The position numbers were made by a program, and so were the translations under genes. Below are positions 48,211-59,591 of a DNA stretch of 64,000 bases, one piece after another. The DNA is from Azolla caroliniana (lineage: Eukaryota > Plantae > Polypodiophyta): assembly GCA_043228905.1 (NCBI GenBank), contig JBHGNT010000003.1, forward strand, positions 11,532,001-11,596,000, given 5' to 3'. Below the pieces are notes generated by a model. That model was not told the origin of the DNA. It was given only the letters and a program-made list of their open reading frames with translations, and searched no databases. How positions within the stretch are numbered: the stretch's first letter is position 1; each line of letters opens with the position of its first letter.

Positions 48211-50512
48211 ACGACTCTTTCTCTTTTTTGGCCGAAGATGCCGACAATTGTACAACCTCCGTTGTCGAAGAGCCAAAATTTCCTATCTAATGTACAAGTG
48301 TGGGGTTTCGGCCTATTGTCTGGACTATCGCGACCCCGTGCCTTGACAGTCCTCTTCAAAAATCCTCTCGTCCTTCGCTACTGAGAGAGTCCCTGTTGCG
48401 CTCGTGATTCCGCTGAACCATCAAGAATTAGACGGAGTGTCGACCGTCCTAGCTCTTAACTCGTGCATACGTTGAACCATTGTCTAGCACCTCCGTCTCC
48501 ATACGAGTTGTCGTGATGTACGGTTCTCCGAATATGACTGGGTGGGGGGATGACTCCTCCACAAAGAAGTGTTGATCAATTTCGACGTCTCCGTTCTTCA
48601 CCCGGACATTCAAGCATGCACCGTGTAGCTCTTCCGTAGCGTGGGTCGCCGCACGTATCTTCCACCCATGCTTCGTATTGATCTGCCACGTCCCGTTTCT
48701 GTACAAATCCATGGACATCAAATTAATTTCCAATTCATGCCACCACCGGCTCCTTTGGGTCCCCAATTTGGACCGGGGTCTCTGTTGTAGCTCTTGCCCA
48801 GTGTGTCCTAGTGTAGTGGTTGCCCGAAAACTTCTCTTCCATCGCCACCTCGTCGATGTGGGCCGCTTTACCCTCAACCAGTTTCTCACTTTCCGGCTCA
48901 GTTGAGCCCAACTTTCTCTTCACCAGGTCGAGGATCGTGATGTGGAACTCCTTCTTCGCAATACCCAGTACTTCTCGCAGCATGAGTTCCACCTGATGTC
49001 AAGGATTCGCTCCTCTAAGTCCTTGACATCTCCGAGCTCAATCGAAAACATAGAAATTTATCTTTCGCCTTCTCTCTATCTCCGAGCTCAATCGAAAACA
49101 TAGATCCATTGTCTTCTCTATCTCCGAGCTCAATCGAAAACATAGAAATTTATCTTTCGCCTTCTCTCTGGATTGGTCGGTCGGCCATCATTCTTTTTTG
49201 CCCCGCTCTGCGTATCATACCTACCCGAACGGCCTGCCCCTCCAGCCTTCCGGACCTATTTGTCTTTGACCAGAACTTTGAAATTCAGGCATGCGGCTTC
49301 TACGAAGCCGGTCTTCTCCTCCACCGGATCGCTCCATCATGTGACACCTCCCAAACCGGCCTCTTCGTGCGATCCGCCTCATGCTTCTTCAGCTTCTTCA
49401 GCTTCTTCAGCTTCAAGTATAACCGACGCTCTTGTCTCCTCCAACACGGATTCCATCTGATGCCTGGCCTCGACATGCTGCACCACGGCCTCCTCCATCA
49501 ACCTCTTCATGCCACCTCGTCCGGTATTCATCTTGAGGGGCCTACACATTTCGCTCTCGTGTGCCCGACCGTTCTAGAGGTACACGAAGTTGTTCCCTAG
49601 TGCCTTGGCAAAGTCAGCGCAGTCTCTTCGAATGTGGATGACGTTATCACACCAAATGCACCTAAGCTCATTAGGCAAGCGCCAGTCACGCAATTGATCC
49701 CTGCCATCCTTCCGAGCCTAAGCAATCTGAAGGTCACGCACCATTTGGTTAGTTCCTCCAGCGTCGGGCCTCCTGACGGACCCTCGACCACGTTGGTTGG
49801 TATCGGGCCCAACTCGAACCGCCTTCTCGTCTCGTCCAACCGAGTCGGCACCTCCCTCATTATCCCTCTAGTGGTCGGGTTGGACAACGCTAACCCTGTG
49901 TCATTCCATTCACGCCGTTTATCGACACAACTACACAGGGGTTGCACACACTCTTGACCACTGCCAAATCAGTCACCAAGCCTTTGTTTGTTTCCAAGAA
50001 GAGACCCACCTTTTTGTGATTGAGCGAGTCGACTGATTTGATGAATAACAAGACCTTGGTCATATTAAGCACGGTCCAGTACAACGCTAATTGTCGTGCA
50101 AATCACTTCTCGAACTCCTGGAGAAGCGCCGATGTGTTGCTTCCCTTTCCATGGGCTCCCTCTTCGACAACTAGAGTGAGTCGTCCAGTCCATATCTTTC
50201 CAGGAGCCACTCCTCGAACTCCAACCAGTTACGATAGTCGGTATGTACCCCGAACACCTCAGTGTGGATGTTCGGTGTGACCATTCAGGAAAATCCAGAC
50301 AACCGCTTGTCCTTTGGAATATCCCACATTAACATCTCCGCCTTGTAAGCCTCCAGATTTTTCCATTAAATCGGGTCAACACGATGACTATAGTTTCTAT
50401 GGCCTTGTCGAGGCCTGCCAAGTTCTCACAAGCATGCACAAGGCGGTCCACGGAGGCCGCCATTGCTTCTACAAGCTCACCCCTTCTCATCGTGAGACTC
50501 CTTTTCCGCCCT

Positions 50513-50530
50513 TTCACGTCGGGTTCACCG
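50513..50530 (-). promoter_or_regulatory. PBS (tRNA-Trp) of H
   Basis: CGGTGAACCCGACGTGAA, 17/18 identical to 1094-1111, with the same 4-nt spacer from the LTR. Confidence 0.8.
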
Positions 50531-50534
50531 AAGA

Positions 50535-51361
50535 TGTTGTGAATTTCTGCATGTATGTGTCGGATCAAGCGAGACCTCAAGGGTCTTGAACTAGGGAGTC
50601 TGAGGCAAAGGTGCTACTAAGCTTGCAGTGACCTAACCAACTCATTTGTCAGAGTTCTTCACTGAGCACACAGGCTCAGAGATTCTGTATTTGATCCGTC
50701 TCTGTCGCCGGATTCGAGAAAAAGAGCACACGGGCTCGCATACTCAAATAGAAACGCACAGAACAGAAAGAGAGAGGAGAAGCAATGCCTCCCGAACACA
50801 AAAACAAAGACATGGAAGTTAGTCCTACATAGAGAGAGAGCACCCGAATGTGACACTACAAAGTAATTCATTAATGACAGAGAAGGATTACAAACAATGG
50901 CCTCCAAACCGGGAAACAAAGCTTTGAGCTCAACAAAACACACCGATTGGTGAGCCTCTGGTCGAGAGCACACGGGCTTCCTACGTGAGCAGAGGCATCA
51001 CCCTAGCTATCCAAATCAATATAGAACAGAAAACCAATAGAGCTCGAGACCACAAAACGACAACACCTTCCCTTCCAAAACTATTAATCCATAAAACAAT
51101 CTTCCTTCCCTCCTTTTATAGTTCAAGGAGGGTGAGTTACATCAGCATTCATGAGAGCCGCTTCTTTCAGCGATTCTCTCCCCCGATTTCCTTCCATCAT
51201 ACACTTTATTCCCCTCTTTTTATGGGATCTTAAAAGTATCTATTTAAGTCACATTGTCTCGTACTTTTTATACCCTACATATTTAAATTTGTTTTATACA
51301 AGGACTCTTTTTATGTGCATCCATGCACACACCTATTCACACGCTAGAATCCTCCACGACA
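50535..51361 (-). repeat. 5' LTR of H
   Basis: Homologous to 30702-31312, with TG..CA ends. Confidence 0.82.
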
Positions 51362-51473
51362 ACAGTGCCAACGTGGTTTGTGTTGAGGATGAACATCCTC
51401 CATTCTTGTCGCCCTTGCGTGATGATTTTCCCTTCTTCTTCAATGAAGCACCCAAGATGGGTGAATTGGACCT

Positions 51474-51768
51474 GGGTGAAAACATGTGAATGGAAACACT
51501 ATTATAGCTAATATGTAGCTAAAATGACCACAACTAAGTAGTTTTTTATAGCTAATTTTTAGTGGGAAATTCTTAATTATAGATATTATTTATTATGGCC
51601 GTGGAAATAATACCATTTATGGTCCACATTTTAGTTGGTCTTTATTTGAGATCACATTCTAATAATCCCTAAAATTGCCAAAATATGTCAAATACATGCA
51701 CTGTTTTGCATAGCTAATTAGTTATGTCAAGGACACAACTAACTGTTCCCATTCCCATGCTTTCACCC
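51474..51768. mobile_element. 295-bp MITE with 25-bp TIRs and an apparent 4-bp TSD
   Basis: GGGTGAAAACATGTGAATGGAAACA versus the reverse complement GGGTGAAAGCATGGGAATGGGAACA. Flanks are ACCT and ACTT. Removing it restores the copia sequence GMQVQ. Confidence 0.85.
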
Positions 51769-52784
51769 ACTTGCATCCCTTGGTCAATGATCTGTCCGAT
51801 CGACACCAGATTCTTGGTGATCTTCGGGACATGCAGGACGTTCATCAGTCACCCCTTCTGTCCGACAAAGCCAAGTTTCGTCACCGACATGCTCGACGGG
51901 GTGAGGGGTATCATCGCCAATTTCGACAACCCCCGGCTGCTCCGGTTTCTCAAGGTATAAGAATCACTCTTCGTGGCTCGTCATGTGATTCGAAGCTCTG
52001 GAATTGACATACCACACCTTATTTGGTTTTGAGGTGCCCGTCTTCATCGAGTTGGCCTTATGCTTCATTACAAAGGTTGGGTCCGTTCCAGCTTGGTTCG
52101 AGCCTTCGGCGTAGTCAAATCGTTGTCGATTTCCCTATTCGGCTCTACAAAATCTGGATTTGTCTAAATCAGCCTTCTTCTTCCCGCACTCTCTTTCTCT
52201 TTGGTCTTTCCGACCACAATACCAGCATTCCGGCGTGGCCTTCACTTGCCGGTTTCTAGCACCGCCTTGACTCCCCCTGCTCGTGGAGGGTCCAGAAATG
52301 GTTTCGGCATATCGATTATGCCTCTGATTCTACTCTTGTTGGTCGCCACTATTGCATACCAATACACCACGTTCTCCATGACCACATGGCCTACCCGCCT
52401 GCATGTACAACATCTGATGGTCAGGTTGCGTGATCCTCAATGCACCTGTGTGGTTTTCTTCAACCATAACCATCGATTGCAGGTCAAAAAACGACGGTGG
52501 TTTCTCCCTCGTGCAAATAGCTGTCTGGATCGGCCCGTACCTTTTAGCTAGACTGCCGAGGCAAATTTGTACCATTTTGTCCTCATCCACTATCACATTG
52601 ATGGACCCCAAGGCATCACAGATTTCCTAGATCTAAGTGGTGTAGTACGTCACCATTATCAAGGAAATCCTCGTGTGTTCGTTAAATGAAGCGGAACCAC
52701 CGTGGTCCTAAACCGGAAGGATTCGATGTTTTTATTAGCGAAGTATTTAAGATAGAGAGAGAGTAAATCCCAATTCCAACTTTG

Positions 52785-53704
52785 TGTTGGGAAAACAGGT
52801 CCCTCCGGATGGGAAGGAAGAAGAACAGTGCCGAAACCGTATGAGGAGTACCCGGCTACGGAGAGCCGGATGGTGCAGACCCGGTATGAACCGGATGAGG
52901 AGCACCCGGCTACGGAGAGCCGGATGGTACAGGCCCGGTATGAACCGGATGAGGAGCACCCGACTACGGAGAGCCGGATGATACAGGCCCGGTGTGAACC
53001 GGATGAGGAGTACCCGGCTACGGAGAGCCGGATGATACAGGCCCGGTATGAACCGGATGAGGAGTACCCGGCTACGGAGAGCCGGATGATACAGGCCCGG
53101 TATGAACCGGATGAGGAGTACCCGGCTACAGAGAGCCGGATGATACAGACCCGGCGAAGACCGGATGAGGAATACCCGGCTACGGCGAGCCGGATGGTAC
53201 AGACCCGGTGAGAACCGGATGAAGAGACATATTCGTAAATATGTTTCTGAGAGCCCATCGAGGCTACATTTCTAAATAGCCAAAAAGTCATATTAGTATA
53301 AATATGACTTAGGGCAAACTTTTAGTACAGCAGGAGTTGTTATTTTTTCTTGTTGGTGCAAGAAGAAGAGAGAGCACGTAATAGTGTACAGAGAGAGAGA
53401 GAGAGAGAGAGAAAGAAAGAGGTCGTTGCCTCTGTTGTAATCGCCGCCTGTGGCGAAGAGCGTGAGTCCGAGGTCGTTGCCTCCAAGAGCTCACTGGTTT
53501 GTACACCCATACATAGTGACAGTTTGCAGCCTGTGGGCTGCCGTGGTTTTTCCCCTAGTTTGGGGTTTTCCACGTAAACCTCCTGTGTAGTGTGTGTGTA
53601 CCATTTCTCTTCTTTGTGTCATGTTCTACTTCCCGTTTTCTGTGTATGAAAAGAATCTCGGTTGTGGCCGAGCGTTGCGCATAAGGAACATTCGGTTCCC
53701 GTCA
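52785..53704 (+). repeat. 5' LTR of D (920 bp)
   Basis: TGTTGGG...CCGTCA, homologous to solo LTR 25630-26193. TATAAATA near 53297. Confidence 0.88.
52834..53222 (+). repeat. Tandem array of about 7 x 54 bp in the U3 region of D
   Basis: Unit GAACCGGATGAGGAGTACCCGGCTACGGAGAGCCGGATGATACAGGCCCGGTAT. Confidence 0.95.
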
Positions 53705-54280
53705 AGTGGTATCAGAGCGAAACGACACAGAAAATGGACGAATCGTTTGGCGGCATGTTCAAGCTCACCGGCTCCAACTATTCAGTGTGGAAGTCGAAGA
53801 TGAGGGACATGCTCGTGGTTAAAGACCTCTGGCTGCCGGTTCAATTCGGGGACAAGAGACTAGACAAAATCGACGCCGCGATATGGGAGGTGATGCACAT
53901 GAAGACAACGGCGTACATACGGTGCTTCATCGACATGAGCCTATACAACAACTTCAATGAAGAGAGCAAGGCTCATGAGCTCTGGGAGAAGATCGGCATA
54001 ATGTTCCAGAACAAAAATGTTGTCAATCAGGTGTCGGTATTCCGGAAGCTAGTAAGACTCCGGTACCAAGATGGCTCCAGCATGGAAGAGCACATGAATG
54101 CCTTCCAGGGGCTGATACACCAGGCAACGTCATTGGAAGTACCTCTTGCCGACGAGGTACTAGCGCTACTCCTGCTCGATTCCCTCCCGGATAGCTGGGA
54201 GACGTTGGTTGTCACTTTGGGCAACGCCGGGCCGAAAGGAAAACGGTTATCCCTAGCAAGAGTAAAGTCGAGCTTGCTAG

Positions 54281-57200
54281 TGTTAGAAATTGACGCTTTC
54301 AAAACCTTCACCTCTAGGCCACAACCGAGGAAACACGAGTCAATGCAGCAGTAAATCGAAAACACAGAGAGAGACTCGAATGCACAGGGTTTAGCGTGGA
54401 AAACCCTAGACGGGAAAAACCACGGGAGTGCAAGACTCCAACGATCACTATACGCAGGGAATGTACAATGGCGAGCTGCAAGGCGACGACCTTGAGCTCG
54501 CTGTCCTCGCCACAGGCGGCGGTATTACACAGAGGCGTCGACCTCTTCCTTTCTCTCTCTCTCTCTCACTCTCTCTCTCGGCTGCTCTCACTTCGCTCCC
54601 TCTAAGTGGAAAACAGAAAAATGAGCAACAACAACAAAATTGTTTGCCCTAAGTCATATTTATACACATATGACTTTCGGGCTATTTACAAATATAGCCT
54701 AGAGGGCCCTTGGCAAACATATTCACAAATATGTCCCCGCATCCGGATCTCTCTCCGGGTACATTCGTCATCCGGCTCCGTAGCCGGGGTCTTCATCATC
54801 CGGATCCGATACCGGGTACTCCTCATTCGGGTCTTCATTCCCGATTCCCGGACATCTGACCATCCCATCCGGAGGGACCGTAATCCCAACAAACTCCCCC
54901 TTCACTTCGGCATGGGATGTCTTTCCAGTCCGACCCTCTTCCGGCATGCTTCCAGCTTGTCGGGTGTGAGCACTTTGGTCAGCATATCTGACCCGTTCTC
55001 GTCCGTGTGGATCTTCGTCAGCACGAACTCCTGGTCTTCTATCCTTTCCCGGATCCAGTGATATCTTCGCTGGATGTGCTTCGTCCGGGAGTGATAGGCC
55101 GCATTCTTCGCAAGGTGGATGGCACTCTGACTGTCGCAGTAGAGTCGGTACTCCTCCTGCCGGATACCGAGCTCTCTAATGAAGTCCTTCATCCATATTA
55201 TTTCCTTGCCGGCTTCAACAGCCGCCATGTACTCCGCCTCCGTGGTTGACAACGCAACCGTCTTCTGCAGCCTCGACTGCCACGAAACAGCTCCCCCTGC
55301 ATACGTCATCACATACCCTGATGTGGACCGGCTAGTATCTGCATCAGCCGATATATCCGAATCGGTAAAGCCGTCGAGTTCAGGCTTACCGGAGCCGAAT
55401 CGGAGGCACACGTTTGTCGTGCCCTTCAGGTATCGGAGTATCCACTTGGCCGCATTCCAGTGCTCTTTGCCGGGATTGCTCATGTACCGGCTCACCACTC
55501 CGACTGCATATCCTATGTCCGGTCTTGTACACACCATTGCGTACATCAAGCTTCCGATGGCAGAGGCATATGGTACTTTCATCATGTCCTCCTTCTCAGC
55601 CTTTGTCTTGGGGCTTTGCTTGCTGGACAACTTGCAGTTTGCCGGGAGGGTTGACCAGACCGGTCTTGCTTCCGACATGTTGAACCGGTGAAGCACCTTT
55701 GTCACGTACTTCTCCTGTGACAGCCACAACTGCTTCTTCTTCCGGTCCCGGATGATGTGCATCCCTAGTATTTGCCTCGCCGGACCCAGGTCCTTCATTG
55801 AGAAGGTTCGGTGAAGCGCTTTCTTCAGCATCTGTATCTTGACCTGGTCCCGTCCGACGATCAACATGTCGTCCACGTACAGGAGGAGTATTAGAAAGTC
55901 TCCTCCTTCGAACTTCTTCACAAACACGCAGTGATCGGACTGCGTTTTGTGGTACCCTTCGTCGGTCATGAAAGAGTCGAACTTCCGGTACCATTGCCGG
56001 GGAGCCTGCTTCAGTCCGTAAAGGCTCTTCTTCAACCGGCATACCAGGCGCTCCTTCCCTTTCTTCTCGAATCCTTCCGGTTGCTGCATGTAGATCCCTT
56101 CTTCGAGGTCACCGTGAAGAAATGTCGTCTTCACGTCCATCTGTTCTACCTCGAGGTCCATGCTTGCCGCTATGCTCAGCACCGTCCGGATGGAGGTCAT
56201 CTTCACTACCGGGGCAAATATCTCGTCGAAGTCGACGCCCTTCTTCTGCTGGAACCCCTTCACCACGATCCTGGCTTTGTATCTCGGGGGCTTTCCGGCA
56301 TCTCCCGGTTTCAGCTTGAACACCCACTTGTTTCGAAGTGCCCGCTTTCCTTTCGGCAACTCCACAAGTTCATATGTGTGGTTCTCATGCAGGGAATCCA
56401 TCTCCTCCTGCATGGCACTTAACCACCTGCGGCTATGGGTGTCAAGCTTTGCTTCTTCAAAACTCTCCGGCTCCCCCTCGTCGGTTAGCAGCACGTGCTC
56501 TGGTTCCGGAAATCTCCGGGGGGCCCTTCTCTCTCTTAGAGGATATCTCCGTTCCGGAGCTTCGGTAACCGGCTCCTCCGTTTCCTCTTCATCCGAATCC
56601 ATTTCGGGATCGGGGCCGGTTCGGGTATCAGTTTCATCTTCCTCGGCCGGTTCTGTTTCTTCACCGTCTTCGGCCGGATCCTCGAGTGCTAACCGGTACC
56701 TTGCCGGTCGGGACTGCTCCTCGTAGAGTTGATCCTCACCGGTCGACTTGGAGCTCTTCATCTTCTTCTCCGACTCCCAGTCGGCGAGTGTCTTGTCCTC
56801 CATGAAGATGATATCACGACTCCGGAATATCTTTTTGTCGACCGGGTCCCATACTCGGTAGCCGAACTCGTCATCGCCGTAACCGAGGAATATGCATGGC
56901 CGGGTCTTTGGATCTAGCTTTCCTCTCCGGTCCTTTGCCACATGCACATATGCGAGACACCCGAACACCTTCAGATGCCGGTAGGATACTTCCCTACCGG
57001 TCCACACTCTCTGCGGCATGTCTCCGTCCAAAGGTACTGAGGGTGATCTGTTTATCACGTATGTCGCCGTCGACATTGGCTCAGCCCAAAACCCCTTGGG
57101 TAATTTCGCATGCGCCAGCATACTCCGGACCCTCTCCATTATGGTCCGGTTCATCCTCTCGGCCAGCCCGTTCAGTTTCGGCGTCTTCGGCACAGTAAAC

Positions 57201-59591
57201 TCGAGCCGGATTCCCTTCGAGCGACAGTACTCCTCGAACTGCCCCCGGTATTCCCCTCCGTTATCCGCTCGTATCGCTTTCAGCTTCTTGCCGGATTCCC
57301 TTTCCACTCTCGCGTGGAGTTCTTTGAAGACGCACAACACTTGGTCCTTTGTCTTCAACGGTGCCGTCCACAGCTTCCGGTTGTGGTCATCAATGAATGT
57401 CACGAAGTACTGGGCTCCGCCATGTGACTTCGTTTCTACTTGACACACGTCAGTGTGCACCAACTCCAATGGTGCGCTACGTCTCGTCGGTGGCCTTGAG
57501 TGGAAGGAGGTTCGGTTCTGCTTACCGGCCAGGCAATCGGTGCACTTCTCCAGGTGCACATGCTTCACTGGAATAAGGTTGTCTTCTGCAAGCCTCTTCA
57601 TCCCCTTCTCACTCATGTGGCACAGTCTCTTGTGCCACAGCTCACCGGCAGTGTCGGCTGCCACGTTCAACTCCTCCGGACACAACCAGGCATTCATAAG
57701 GTACAGTGTGTTGACTTTCCGGGCCCGAGCCACTATCAGGCTCCCCTTGCTGAACTTCATTACGCAGTTCCAGATGCTACTTGTGTAGCCTTCATCGTCT
57801 AGCCTCCCGGCCGAAATCAGGTTCAATCGAACCTCCGGAACGTGTCGGACATCCTTCAGCAACATTTTGCATCCGGTCGAGGTTGTCAACCACACGTCTC
57901 CTATGCCGGCAATCCGGCACGTACCTTCATTTCCCATCCGAACACAGCCATGCTCACCGGCTGTGTAGGATGAGAAGTATCTTCTTTCCGGGGTCAGTTG
58001 GAACGACGCTCCGGAATCGACCACCCAGGTAGTCTCATCGCCGGCAATGTTTAGTTCACCTTCTTCGGTGATGAGCATGATCTCCTCTTCACTTGCCACA
58101 AGTGCCGTCGTTCCTTTCCGGTCCTGCCCTCGCCGATCCGAACCATTCCGGTCCGTGGCTCCCCGGTAAGCACCGTTCCGTTCCGAAGACTTCTTCGAAT
58201 CGGTGTCGTCGGCTCCGTTGTCTTTTCGGTAATGCCGACAATTCTTTCGGAAGTGCCCCGGCTTCCCACAGTGGAAGCATGTGGGCCTTCCTCTTGACTG
58301 CGACCGGGTCCCCGACTTCCGTTGTCTTCCCCGATCCGATTCGGTAAGCAGCATCTTCGGATCGGAGGCCGGTTCTTTATCTCTCCGACGCGCTTCTTCG
58401 TTCAAAATGCTTGTCTTTACCGTTTGTAGGGACAAGTTATCTTCGGTGCAGGAGGTGCTGAGAGTCACCACCAAGTTCTCCCAGCTTTCCGGCAATGTAC
58501 ACATCAGCATGATGGCTTGCATTGCATCCTCCAACGGGAACTTGATCGCCGCAAGCTGGTTCACGAATCCCATGAACGTGCTTACGTGTTCCACCATACT
58601 CTCCCCGTCCCGGTACTTGAGGTTCACTATCTTCCTCATCAGGGAGGTCCGGTTCAACGCATTCTTCCTCTCGTAGAGGCCCGACAGCTTCTGCCACATC
58701 TCATATGCGTTGGTGTCGTTCGCCACATGTTGTAGAACGCTCACGTCGACGTATTGCCGAATGGTTGCAACGGCTTTCCGGTTCAGAAGCCTCCATTCCG
58801 TCTCAAGTACCCCCTTGGGTATTTCCGACCTGTCGATCGGTTCATACAGGTCCCGAACAATGAGCAGATCCTCCATCTTTATCTTCCAGTCGGCGTAGTT
58901 CTGCGCATTCAGCACCATCATCCCCGGCTCCCCGCTGCTGCCGCCTTCCATTTTCTGCACTGCAGTCGCTCTGATACCAGATTTTTAGAAATTGACGCTT
59001 TCAAAACCTTCACCTCTCGGCCACAACCGAGGAAACATGAGTCAATGCAGCAGTAAATCGAAAACACAGAGAGAGACTCGAATGCACAGGGTTTAGCGTG
59101 GAAAACCCTAGACGGGAAAAACCACGGGAGTGCAAGACTCCAACGATCACTATACGCAGGGAATGTACAATGGCGAGCTGCAAGGTGACGACCTTGAGCT
59201 CGCTGTCCTCGCCACAGGCGGCGGTATTACACAGAGGCGTCGACCTCTTCCTTTCTCTCTCTCTCTCACTCTCTCTCTCGGCTGCTCTCACTTCGCTCCC
59301 TCTAAGTGGAAAACAGAAAAATGAGCAACAACAACAAAACTGTTTGCCCTAAGTCATATTTATACACATATGACTTTCGGGCTATTTACAAATATAGCCT
59401 AGAGGGCCCTTGGCAAACATATTCACAAATATGTCCCCGCATCCGGATCTCTCTCCGGGTACATTCGTCATCCGGCTCCGTAGCCGGGGTCTTCATCATC
59501 CGGTTCCGATACCGGGTACTCCTCATTTGGGTCTTCATTCCCGATTCCCGGACATCTGACCATCCCATCCGGAGGGACCGTAATCCCAACA
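54281..59591 (-). mobile_element. Intact Ty1/copia element E
   Basis: LTRs at 54281-54891 and 58983-59591 (about 7 substitutions and one CT-repeat indel by eye), TSD GCTAG, PBS at 58968-58979 and PPT at about 54892-54906. Confidence 0.97.
54902..58960 (-). CDS. gag-pol: Copia Gag-Pol polyprotein of E (1352 aa; first ATG near 58951)
   Basis: CFHCGKPGHFRKNC, WVVDSGAS, HTDVC..DNGGEY integrase, LLLYVDDML RT and STTEAEY..CDSQSA RNase H. The frame is uninterrupted. Confidence 0.97.
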   Translation of the reverse strand: MQKMEGGSSGEPGMMVLNAQNYADWKIKMEDLLIVRDLYEPIDRSEIPKGVLETEWRLLNRKAVATIRQYVDVSVLQHVANDTNAYEMWQKLSGLYERKNALNRTSLMRKIVNLKYRDGESMVEHVSTFMGFVNQLAAIKFPLEDAMQAIMLMCTLPESWENLVVTLSTSCTEDNLSLQTVKTSILNEEARRRDKEPASDPKMLLTESDRGRQRKSGTRSQSRGRPTCFHCGKPGHFRKNCRHYRKDNGADDTDSKKSSERNGAYRGATDRNGSDRRGQDRKGTTALVASEEEIMLITEEGELNIAGDETTWVVDSGASFQLTPERRYFSSYTAGEHGCVRMGNEGTCRIAGIGDVWLTTSTGCKMLLKDVRHVPEVRLNLISAGRLDDEGYTSSIWNCVMKFSKGSLIVARARKVNTLYLMNAWLCPEELNVAADTAGELWHKRLCHMSEKGMKRLAEDNLIPVKHVHLEKCTDCLAGKQNRTSFHSRPPTRRSAPLELVHTDVCQVETKSHGGAQYFVTFIDDHNRKLWTAPLKTKDQVLCVFKELHARVERESGKKLKAIRADNGGEYRGQFEEYCRSKGIRLEFTVPKTPKLNGLAERMNRTIMERVRSMLAHAKLPKGFWAEPMSTATYVINRSPSVPLDGDMPQRVWTGREVSYRHLKVFGCLAYVHVAKDRRGKLDPKTRPCIFLGYGDDEFGYRVWDPVDKKIFRSRDIIFMEDKTLADWESEKKMKSSKSTGEDQLYEEQSRPARYRLALEDPAEDGEETEPAEEDETDTRTGPDPEMDSDEEETEEPVTEAPERRYPLRERRAPRRFPEPEHVLLTDEGEPESFEEAKLDTHSRRWLSAMQEEMDSLHENHTYELVELPKGKRALRNKWVFKLKPGDAGKPPRYKARIVVKGFQQKKGVDFDEIFAPVVKMTSIRTVLSIAASMDLEVEQMDVKTTFLHGDLEEGIYMQQPEGFEKKGKERLVCRLKKSLYGLKQAPRQWYRKFDSFMTDEGYHKTQSDHCVFVKKFEGGDFLILLLYVDDMLIVGRDQVKIQMLKKALHRTFSMKDLGPARQILGMHIIRDRKKKQLWLSQEKYVTKVLHRFNMSEARPVWSTLPANCKLSSKQSPKTKAEKEDMMKVPYASAIGSLMYAMVCTRPDIGYAVGVVSRYMSNPGKEHWNAAKWILRYLKGTTNVCLRFGSGKPELDGFTDSDISADADTSRSTSGYVMTYAGGAVSWQSRLQKTVALSTTEAEYMAAVEAGKEIIWMKDFIRELGIRQEEYRLYCDSQSAIHLAKNAAYHSRTKHIQRRYHWIRERIEDQEFVLTKIHTDENGSDMLTKVLTPDKLEACRKRVGLERHPMPK

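Larger units (their letters stand above)
30702..51361 (-). mobile_element. Decayed tRNA-Trp-primed Ty3/gypsy element H, host of F and J
   Basis: 5' LTR 50535-51361, PBS 50513-50530, gag about 49600-50450, PR about 48450-48900, RT (PFLDDIPIKG) and RH about 39720-41190, INT about 31600-32480, PPT 31313-31324 and 3' LTR 30702-31312. Confidence 0.85.
30200..52660 (-). mobile_element. Decayed copia remnant I, host of H and the MITE; pieces at about 30200-30701, 51362-51473 and 51769-52660
   Basis: gag (DEDKMVQICLGSL), protease region, RMFILNTNHVG|TAMFAKGQK rejoined across H, and LIHSDVW integrase. It is related to F. Outer limits are approximate. Confidence 0.8.

Noticed and set aside
52828-53211. 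127-aa repeat ORF (EPDEEYPATESRMIQARY) and its antisense 210-aa ORF
   Set aside because: These are by-products of a 54-bp tandem unit lying upstream of the LTR TATA box. Related LTRs do not keep the frame.
55007-58898. Many overlapping 60-190 aa ORFs within copia E (and C)
   Set aside because: They are shadow frames of a GC-rich coding sequence.
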